64,000 nucleotides of DNA, taken from contig OZ024744.1 of NCBI GenBank assembly GCA_964016885.1, positions 744,001-808,000 on the forward strand, written 5' to 3'. Source of the stretch: Eledone cirrhosa (Eukaryota). Under the pieces are notes generated by a model. That model did not search any database. It saw only the letters and a program-made list of their open reading frames with translations, and was not told the DNA's origin. Below are positions 52,501 to 62,700 of the stretch, one piece after another; positions within the stretch are counted from its first letter, which is position 1; every line of letters begins with the position of its first letter. A program made the translations under genes and the position numbers.

Positions 52501-55500
52501 AAGATAGCTTGGTGAAGAACGACGTTTTGTGGGAAGACAAGGTAGAGAAACATAGTTGGTGAAGAACGAAGTTTTGAGGGAAGACAAGGTAGAGAAAGAT
52601 AGCTTGATGAAGAACGAAGTTTTGAGGGAAGACAAGGTAGAGAAAGATAGCTTGGTGAAGAACGAAGTTTTGAGGGAAGACAAGGTAGAGAAAGATAGCT
52701 TGATGAAGAACGAAGTTTTGAGGGAAGACAAGGTAGAGAAAGATAGCTTGATGAAGTACGAAGTTTTGGGGGAAGACAAGGTAGAGAAAGATAGCTTGGT
52801 GAAGAACGAAGTTTTGAGGGAAGACAAGGTAGAGGAAGATAGCTTGATGAAGAACGAAGTTTTGAGGGAAGACAAGGTAGAGAAAGATAGCTTGATGAAG
52901 TACGAAGTTTTGGGGGAAGACAAGGTAGAGAAAGATAGCTTGGTGAAGAACGAAGTTTTGAGGGAAGACAAGGTAGAGAAAGATAGCTTGATGAAGAACG
53001 AAGTTTTGAGGGAAGACAAGGTAGAGAAAGATAGCTTGGTGAAGAACGAAGTTTTGAGGGAAGACAAAGTATAGAAAGATAGCTTGGTGAAGAACGAAGT
53101 TTTGGGGGAAGACAATGTAGAGAAAGATAGCTTGATGAAGAACGAAGTTTTGGGGGAAGACAAGGTAGAGAAAGATAGCTTGGTGAAGAACGAAGTTTTG
53201 GGGGAAGACAATGTAGAGAAAGATAGCTTGATGAAGAACGAAGTTTTGGGGGAAGACAAGGTAGAGAAAGATAGCTTGGTGAAGAACGAAGTTTTGAGGG
53301 AAGACAAGGTAGAGAAAGATAGCTTGGTGAAGAACGAAGTTTTGAGGGGAGACAAAGTATAGAAAGATAGCTTGGTGAAGAACGAAGTTTTGGGGGAAGA
53401 CAATGTAGAGAAAGATAGCTTGATGAAGAACGAAGTTTTGGGGAAGACAAGGTAGAGAAAGATAGCTTGGTGAAGAACGAAGTTTTGAGGGAAGACAAGG
53501 TAGAGAAAGATAGCTTGGTGAAGAACGACGTTTTGTGGGAAGACAAGGTAGAGAAACATAGTTGGTGAAGAACGAAGTTTTGAGGGAAGACAAGGTAGAG
53601 AAAGATAGCTTGATGAAGAACGAAGTTTTGAGGGAAGACAAGGTAGAGAAAGATAGCTTGGTGAAGAACGAAGTTTTGAGGGAAGACAAGGTAGAGAAAG
53701 ATAGCTTGATGAAGAACGAAGTTTTGAGGGAAGACAAGGTAGAGAAAGATAGCTTGATGAAGTACGAAGTTTTGGGGGAAGACAAGGTAGAGAAAGATAG
53801 CTTGGTGAAGAACGAAGTTTTGAGGGAAGACAAGGTAGAGAAAGATAGCTTGATGAAGAACGAAGTTTTGAGGGAAGACAAGGTAGAGAAAGATAGCTTG
53901 GTGAAGAACGAAGTTTTGAGGGAAGACAAAGTATAGAAAGATAGCTTGGTGAAGAACGAAGTTTTGGGGGAAGACAATGTAGAGAAAGATAGCTTGATGA
54001 AGAACGAAGTTTTGGGGGAAGACAAGGTAGAGAAAGATAGCTTGGTGAAGAACGAAGTTTTGAGGGAAGACAAGGTAGAGAAAGATAGCTTGGTGAAGAA
54101 CGAAGTTTTGAGGGGAGACAAAGTATAGAAAGATAGCTTGGTGAAGAACGAAGTTTTGGGGGAAGACAATGTAGAGAAAGATAGCTTGATGAAGAACGAA
54201 GTTTTGGGGAAGACAAGGTAGAGAAAGATAGCTTGGTGAAGAACGAAGTTTTGAGGGAAGACAAGGTAGAGAAAGATAGCTTGGTGAAGAACGAAGTTTT
54301 GGGGGAAGACAAGGTAGAGAAAGATAGCTTGGTGAAGAACGAAGTTTTGAGGGAAGACAAGGTAGAGAAAGATAGCTTGGTGAAGAACGAAGTTTTGGGG
54401 GAGGACAAGGTAGAGAAAGATAGCTTGGTGAAGAACGAAGTTTTGAGGGAAGACAAGGTAGAGAAAGATAGTTGGTAAAGAACGGAGTTTTGAGGGAAGA
54501 CAAGGTAGAGAAAGATAGCTTGGTGAAGAACGACGTTTTGAGGGAAGACAAGGTATAGAAAGATAGCTTGGTGAAGAACGACGTTTTCGGGGAAGAAAAG
54601 GTAGAGAAAGATAGCTTGGTGAAGAACAAAGTTTTGGGGGAAGACAAGGTAGAGAAAGATAGCTTGGTGAAGAACGAAGTATTGAGGGAAGACTCGGTAG
54701 AGAAAGATAGCTTGGTGAAGAACGAAGTTTTGAGGGAAGACAAGGTAGAGAAAGATAGCTTGGTGAAGAACGAGGTTTTGAGGGAAGACAATGTAGAGAA
54801 AGATAGCTTGGTGAAGAACGAAGTTTTGGGGGAAGACAAGGTAGAGAAAGATAGCTTGGTGAAGAACGAAGTTTTGGGGGATGAGAAAGTAGAGAAAGAT
54901 AGCTTGGTGAAGAACGAAGTTTTGGGGGAAGACAAGGTAGAGAAAGATAGCTTGATGAAGAACGAAGTTTTGGGGGAAGACAAGGAAGAGAAAGATAGCT
55001 TGGTGAAGAACGAAGTTTTGAGGGAAGACAAGGTAGAGAAAGATAGCTTGGTGAAGAACGAAGTTTTGGGGGAAGACAAGGTAGAGAAAGATAGCTTGGT
55101 GAAGAACGAAGTTTTGCGGGAAGACAAGGTAGAGAAATATAGCTCGGTGAAGAACGAAGTTTTGAGGGAAGACAAGGTAGAGAAAGATAGCTTGGTGAAG
55201 AACGAGGTTTTGGGGGAAGACAAGGTAGAGAAAGATAGCTTGGTGAAGAACGAAGTTTTGAGGAAGACAAGGTAGAGAAAGATAGCTTGGTGAAGAACGA
55301 AGTTATGAGGGAAGACAAGGTAGAGAAAGATAGTTGGTGAAGAACGAAGTTTTGAGGGAAGACAAGGTAGAGAAAGATAGCTTGATGAAGTACGAAGTTT
55401 TGGGGGAAGACAAGGTAGAGAAAGATAGCTTGGTGAAGAACGAAGTTTTGAGGGAAGACAAGGTAGAGAAAGATAGCTTGATGAAGAACGAAGTTTTGAG

Positions 55501-58265
55501 GGAAGACAAGGTAGAGAAAGATAGGTTGGTGAAGAACGAAGTTTTGAGGGAAGACAAAGTATAGAAAGATAGCTTGGTGAAGAACGAAGTTTTGGGGGAA
55601 GACAATGTAGAGAAAGATAGCTTGATGAAGAACGAAGTTTTGGGGGAAGACAAGGTAGAGAAAGATAGCTTGGTGAAGAACGAAGTTTTGAGGGAAGACA
55701 AGGTAGAGAAAGATAGCTTGGTGAAGAACGAAGTTTTGAGGGGAGACAAAGTATAGAAAGATAGCTTGGTGAAGAACGAAGTTTTGGGGGAAGACAATGT
55801 AGAGAAAGATAGCTTGATGAAGAACGAAGTTTTGGGGAAGACAAGGTAGAGAAAGATAGCTTGGTGAAGAACGACGTTTTGTGGGAAGACAAGGTAGAGA
55901 AACATAGTTGGTGAAGAACGAAGTTTTGAGGGAAGACAAGGTAGAGAAAGATAGCTTGATGAAGAACGAAGTTTTGAGGGAAGACAAGGTAGAGAAAGAT
56001 AGCTTGGTGAAGAACGAAGTTTTGAGGGAAGACAAGGTAGAGAAAGATAGCTTGATGAAGAACGAAGTTTTGAGGGAAGACAAGGTAGAGAAAGATAGCT
56101 TGATGAAGTACGAAGTTTTGGGGGAAGACAAGGTAGAGAAAGATAGCTTGGTGAAGAACGAAGTTTTGAGGGAAGACAAGGTAGAGAAAGATAGCTTGAT
56201 GAAGAACGAAGTTTTGAGGGAAGACAAGGTAGAGAAAGATAGCTTGATGAAGTACGAAGTTTTGGGGGAAGACAAGGTAGAGAAAGATAGCTTGGTGAAG
56301 AACGAAGTTTTGAGGGAAGACAAGGTAGAGAAAGATAGCTTGATGAAGAACGAAGTTTTGAGGGAAGACAAGGTAGAGAAAGATAGCTTGGTGAAGAACG
56401 AAGTTTTGAGGGAAGACAAAGTATAGAAAGATAGCTTGGTGAAGAACGAAGTTTTGGGGGAAGACAATGTAGAGAAAGATAGCTTGATGAAGAACGAAGT
56501 TTTGGGGGAAGACAAGGTAGAGAAAGATAGCTTGGTGAAGAACGAAGTTTTGAGGGAAGACAAGGTAGAGAAAGATAGCTTGGTGAAGAACGAAGTTTTG
56601 AGGGGAGACAAAGTATAGAAAGATAGCTTGGTGAAGAACGAAGTTTTGGGGGAAGACAATGTAGAGAAAGATAGCTTGATGAAGAACGAAGTTTTGGGGA
56701 AGACAAGGTAGAGAAAGATAGCTTGGTGAAGAACGAAGTTTTGAGGGAAGACAAGGTAGAGAAAGATAGCTTGGTGAAGAACGAAGTTTTGGGGGAAGAC
56801 AAGGTAGAGAAAGATAGCTTGGTGAAGAACGAAGTTTTGAGGGAAGACAAGGTAGAGAAAGATAGCTTGGTGAAGAACGAAGTTTTGGGGGAAGACAAGG
56901 TAGAGAAAGATAGCTTGGTGAAGAACGAAGTTTTGAGGGAAGACAAGGTAGAGAAAGATAGTTGGTAAAGAACGGAGTTTTGAGGGAAGACAAGGTAGAG
57001 AAAGATAGCTTGGTGAAGAACGACGTTTTGAGGGAAGACAAGGTATAGAAAGATAGCTTGGTGAAGAACGACGTTTTCGGGGAAGAAAAGGTAGAGAAAG
57101 ATAGCTTGGTGAAGAACAAAGTTTTGAGGGAAGACAAGGTAGAGAAAGATAGCTTGGTGAAGAACGAAGTTTTGGGGGAAGACAATGTAGAGAAAGATAG
57201 CTTGATGAAGAACGAAGTTTTGGGGAAGACAAGGTAGAGAAAGATAGCTTGGTGAAGAACGACGTTTTGTGGGAAGACAAGGTAGAGAAACATAGTTGGT
57301 GAAGAACGAAGTTTTGAGGGAAGACAAGGTAGAGAAAGATAGCTTGATGAAGAACGAAGTTTTGAGGGAAGACAAGGTAGAGAAAGATAGCTTGGTGAAG
57401 AACGAAGTTTTGAGGGAAGACAAGGTAGAGAAAGATAGCTTGATGAAGAACGAAGTTTTGAGGGAAGACAAGGTAGAGAAAGATAGCTTGATGAAGTACG
57501 AAGTTTTGGGGGAAGACAAGGTAGAGAAAGATAGCTTGGTGAAGAACGAAGTTTTGAGGGAAGACAAGGTAGAGGAAGATAGCTTGATGAAGAACGAAGT
57601 TTTGAGGGAAGACAAGGTAGAGAAAGATAGCTTGATGAAGTACGAAGTTTTGGGGGAAGACAAGGTAGAGAAAGATAGCTTGGTGAAGAACGAAGTTTTG
57701 AGGGAAGACAAGGTAGAGAAAGATAGCTTGATGAAGAACGAAGTTTTGAGGGAAGACAAGGTAGAGAAAGATAGCTTGGTGAAGAACGAAGTTTTGAGGG
57801 AAGACAAAGTATAGAAAGATAGCTTGGTGAAGAACGAAGTTTTGGGGGAAGACAATGTAGAGAAAGATAGCTTGATGAAGAACGAAGTTTTGGGGGAAGA
57901 CAAGGTAGAGAAAGATAGCTTGGTGAAGAACGAAGTTTTGGGGGAAGACAATGTAGAGAAAGATAGCTTGATGAAGAACGAAGTTTTGGGGGAAGACAAG
58001 GTAGAGAAAGATAGCTTGGTGAAGAACGAAGTTTTGAGGGAAGACAAGGTAGAGAAAGATAGCTTGGTGAAGAACGAAGTTTTGAGGGGAGACAAAGTAT
58101 AGAAAGATAGCTTGGTGAAGAACGAAGTTTTGGGGGAAGACAATGTAGAGAAAGATAGCTTGATGAAGAACGAAGTTTTGGGGAAGACAAGGTAGAGAAA
58201 GATAGCTTGGTGAAGAACGAAGTTTTGAGGGAAGACAAGGTAGAGAAAGATAGCTTGGTGAAGAA
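49565..58265 (+). repeat. Duplication with offset 4740 bp (copy 1 ~49565-53525, copy 2 ~54305-58265)
   Basis: Offsets 49828/54568, 50594/55334, 51168/55908, 52556/57296, 53084/57824. Shared variants GGGGAGGAC 49661/54401, GATGAGAAAG 50140/54880, GATAGGTTGG ~50780/55520, AGAGGAAGAT 52831/57571. Confidence 0.92.
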
Positions 58266-59799
58266 CGAAGTTTTGGGGGAAGACAAGGTAGAGAAAGATA
58301 GCTTGGTGAAGAACGAAGTTTTGAGGGAAGACAAGGTAGAGAAAGATAGCTTGGTGAAGAACGAAGTTTTGGGGGAAGACAAGGTAGAGAAAGATAGCTT
58401 GGTGAAGAACGAAGTTTTGAGGGAAGACAAGGTAGAGAAAGATAGTTGGTAAAGAACGGAGTTTTGAGGGAAGACAAGGTAGAGAAAGATAGCTTGGTGA
58501 AGAACGACGTTTTGAGGGAAGACAAGGTATAGAAAGATAGCTTGGTGAAGAACGACGTTTTCGGGGAAGAAAAGGTAGAGAAAGATAGCTTGGTGAAGAA
58601 CAAAGTTTTGAGGGAAGACAAGGTAGAGAAAGATAGCTTGGTGAAGAACGAAGTTTTGGGGGAAGACAATGTAGAGAAAGATAGCTTGATGAAGAACGAA
58701 GTTTTGGGGAAGACAAGGTAGAGAAAGATAGCTTGGTGAAGAACGACGTTTTGTGGGAAGACAAGGTAGAGAAACATAGTTGGTGAAGAACGAAGTTTTG
58801 AGGGAAGACAAGGTAGAGAAAGATAGCTTGATGAAGAACGAAGTTTTGAGGGAAGACAAGGTAGAGAAAGATAGCTTGGTGAAGAACGAAGTTTTGAGGG
58901 AAGACAAGGTAGAGAAAGATAGCTTGATGAAGAACGAAGTTTTGAGGGAAGACAAGGTAGAGAAAGATAGCTTGATGAAGTACGAAGTTTTGGGGGAAGA
59001 CAAGGTAGAGAAAGATAGCTTGGTGAAGAACGAAGTTTTGAGGGAAGACAAGGTAGAGGAAGATAGCTTGATGAAGAACGAAGTTTTGAGGGAAGACAAG
59101 GTAGAGAAAGATAGCTTGATGAAGTACGAAGTTTTGGGGGAAGACAAGGTAGAGAAAGATAGCTTGGTGAAGAACGAAGTTTTGAGGGAAGACAAGGTAG
59201 AGAAAGATAGCTTGATGAAGAACGAAGTTTTGAGGGAAGACAAGGTAGAGAAAGATAGCTTGGTGAAGAACGAAGTTTTGAGGGAAGACAAAGTATAGAA
59301 AGATAGCTTGGTGAAGAACGAAGTTTTGGGGGAAGACAATGTAGAGAAAGATAGCTTGATGAAGAACGAAGTTTTGGGGGAAGACAAGGTAGAGAAAGAT
59401 AGCTTGGTGAAGAACGAAGTTTTGAGGGAAGACAAGGTAGAGAAAGATAGCTTGGTGAAGAACGAAGTTTTGAGGGGAGACAAAGTATAGAAAGATAGCT
59501 TGGTGAAGAACGAAGTTTTGGGGGAAGACAATGTAGAGAAAGATAGCTTGATGAAGAACGAAGTTTTGGGGAAGACAAGGTAGAGAAAGATAGCTTGGTG
59601 AAGAACGAAGTTTTGAGGGAAGACAAGGTAGAGAAAGATAGCTTGGTGAAGAACGAAGTTTTGGGGGAAGACAAGGTAGAGAAAGATAGCTTGGTGAAGA
59701 ACGAAGTTTTGAGGGAAGACAAGGTAGAGAAAGATAGCTTGGTGAAGAACGAAGTTTTGGGGGAAGACAAGGTAGAGAAAGATAGCTTGGTGAAGAACG

Positions 59800-62700
59800 A
59801 AGTTTTGAGGGAAGACAAGGTAGAGAAAGATAGTTGGTAAAGAACGGAGTTTTGAGGGAAGACAAGGTAGAGAAAGATAGCTTGGTGAAGAACGACGTTT
59901 TGAGGGAAGACAAGGTATAGAAAGATAGCTTGGTGAAGAACGACGTTTTCGGGGAAGAAAAGGTAGAGAAAGATAGCTTGGTGAAGAACAAAGTTTTGGG
60001 GGAAGACAAGGTAGAGAAAGATAGCTTGGTGAAGAACGAAGTATTGAGGGAAGACTCGGTAGAGAAAGATAGCTTGGTGAAGAACGAAGTTTTGAGGGAA
60101 GACAAGGTAGAGAAAGATAGCTTGGTGAAGAACGAGGTTTTGAGGGAAGACAATGTAGAGAAAGATAGCTTGGTGAAGAACGAAGTTTTGGGGGAAGACA
60201 AGGTAGAGAAAGATAGCTTGGTGAAGAACGAAGTTTTGGGGGATGACAAAGTAGAGAAAGATAGCTTGGTGAAGAACGAAGTTTTGGGGGAAGACAAGGT
60301 AGAGAAAGATAGCTTGATGAAGAACGAAGTTTTGGGGGAAGACAAGGAAGAGAAAGATAGCTTGGTGAAGAACGAAGTTTTGAGGGAAGACAAGGTAGAG
60401 AAAGATAGCTTGGTGAAGAACGAAGTTTTGGGGGAAGACAAGGTAGAGAAAGATAGCTTGGTGAAGAACGAAGTTTTGCGGGAAGACAAGGTAGAGAAAT
60501 ATAGCTCGGTGAAGAACGAAATTTTGAGGGAAGACAAGGTAGAGAAAGATAGCTTGGTGAAGAACGAGGTTTTGGGGGAAGACAAGGTAGAGAAAGATAG
60601 CTTGGTGAAGAACGAAGTTTTGAGGAAGACAAGGTAGAGAAAGATAGCTTGGTGAAGAACGAAGTTATGAGGGAAGACAAGGTAGAGAAAGATAGTTGGT
60701 GAAGAACGAAGTTTTGAGGGAAGACAAGGTAGAGAAAGATAGCTTGGTGAAGAACGACGTTTTGAGGGAAGACAAGGTAGAGAAAGATAGCTTGGTGAAG
60801 AACGAAGTTTTGGGGGAAGACAAGGTAGAGAAAGATAGCTTGGTGAAGAACGAAGTTTTGAGGGAAGACAAGGTAGAGAAAGATAGCTTGGTGAAGAACG
60901 AAGTTTTGGGGGAAGACAAGGTAGAGAAAGATAGCTTGGTGAAGAACGAAGATTTGAGGGAAGACAAGGTAGAGAAAGATAGTTGGTAAAGAACGGAGTT
61001 TTGAGGGAAGACAAGGTAGAGAAAGATAGCTTGGTGAAGAACGACGTTTTGAGGGAAGACAAGGTATAGAAAGATAGCTTGGTGAAGAACGACGTTTTCG
61101 GGGAAGAAAAGGTAGAGAAAGATAGCTTGGTGAAGAACAAAGTTTTGGGGGAAGACAAGGTAGAGAAAGATAGCTTGGTGAAGAACGAAGTATTGAGGGA
61201 AGACTCGGTAGAGAAAGATAGCTTGGTGAAGAACGAAGTTTTGAGGGAAGACAAGGTAGAGAAAGATAGCTTGGTGAAGAACGAGGTTTTGAGGGAAGAC
61301 AATGTAGAGAAAGATAGCTTGGTGAAGAACGAAGTTTTGGGGGAAGACAAGGTAGAGAAAGATAGCTTGGTGAAGAACGAAGTTTTGGGGGATGACAAAG
61401 TAGAGAAAGATAGCTTGGTGAAGAACGAAGTTTTGGGGGAAGACAAGGTAGAGAAAGATAGCTTGATGAAGAACGAAGTTTTGGGGGAAGACAAGGAAGA
61501 GAAATATAGCTTGGTGAAGAACGAAGTTTTGAGGGAAGACAAGGTAGAGAAAGATAGCTTGGTGAAGAACGAAGTTTTGGGGGAAGACAAGGTAGAGAAA
61601 GATAGCTTGGTGAAGAACGAAGTTTTGCGGGAAGACAAGGTAGAGAAATATAGCTCGGTGAAGAACGAAATTTTGAGGGAAGACAAGGTAGAGAAAGATA
61701 GCTTGGTGAAGAACGAGGTTTTGGGGGAAGACAAGGTAGAGAAAGATAGCTTGGTGAAGAACGAAGTTTTGAGGAAGACAAGGTAGAGAAAGATAGCTTG
61801 GTGAAGAACGAAGTTATGAGGGAAGACAAGGTAGAGAAAGATAGTTGGTGAAGAACGAAGTTTTGAGGGAAGACAAGGTAGAGAAAGATAGCTTGGTGAA
61901 GAACGACGTTTTGAGGGAAGACAAGGTAGAGAAAGATAGCTTGGTGAAGAACGAAGTTTTGGGGGAAGACAAGGTAGAGAAAGATAGCTTGATGAAGTAC
62001 GAAGTTTTGGGGGAAGACAAGGTAGAGAAAGATAGCTTGGTGAAGAACGACGTTTTGTGGGAAGACAAGGTAGAGAAACATAGTTGGTGAAGAACGAAGT
62101 TTTGAGGGAAGACAAGGTAGAGAAAGATAGCTTGATGAAGAACGAAGTTTTGAGGGAAGACAAGGTAGAGAAAGATAGCTTGGTGAAGAACGAAGTTTTG
62201 AGGGAAGACAAGGTAGAGAAAGATAGCTTGATGAAGAACGAAGTTTTGAGGGAAGACAAGGTAGAGAAAGATAGTTGGTAAAGAACGGAGTTTTGAGGGA
62301 AGACAAGGTAGAGAAAGATAGCTTGGTGAAGAACGACGTTTTGAGGGAAGACAAGGTATAGAAAGATAGCTTGGTGAAGAACGACGTTTTCGGGGAAGAA
62401 AAGGTAGAGAAAGATAGCTTGGTGAAGAACAAAGTTTTGGGGGAAGACAAGGTAGAGAAAGATAGCTTGGTGAAGAACGAAGTATTGAGGGAAGACTCGG
62501 TAGAGAAAGATAGCTTGGTGAAGAACGAAGTTTTGAGGGAAGACAAGGTAGAGAAAGATAGCTTGGTGAAGAACGAGGTTTTGAGGGAAGACAATGTAGA
62601 GAAAGATAGCTTGGTGAAGAACGAAGTTTTGGGGGAAGACAAGGTAGAGAAAGATAGCTTGGTGAAGAACGAAGTTTTGGGGGATGACAAAGTAGAGAAA

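Noticed and set aside
34385-59818. 8477-aa minus-strand ORF, and the other 300-5334 aa minus-strand ORFs, as real giant protein genes
   Set aside because: All three minus frames are open simply because the monomer lacks TTA/CTA/TCA. The ORFs overlap each other in all frames, cycle among three peptides at each indel, and have no unique domain, signal peptide or credible start context.
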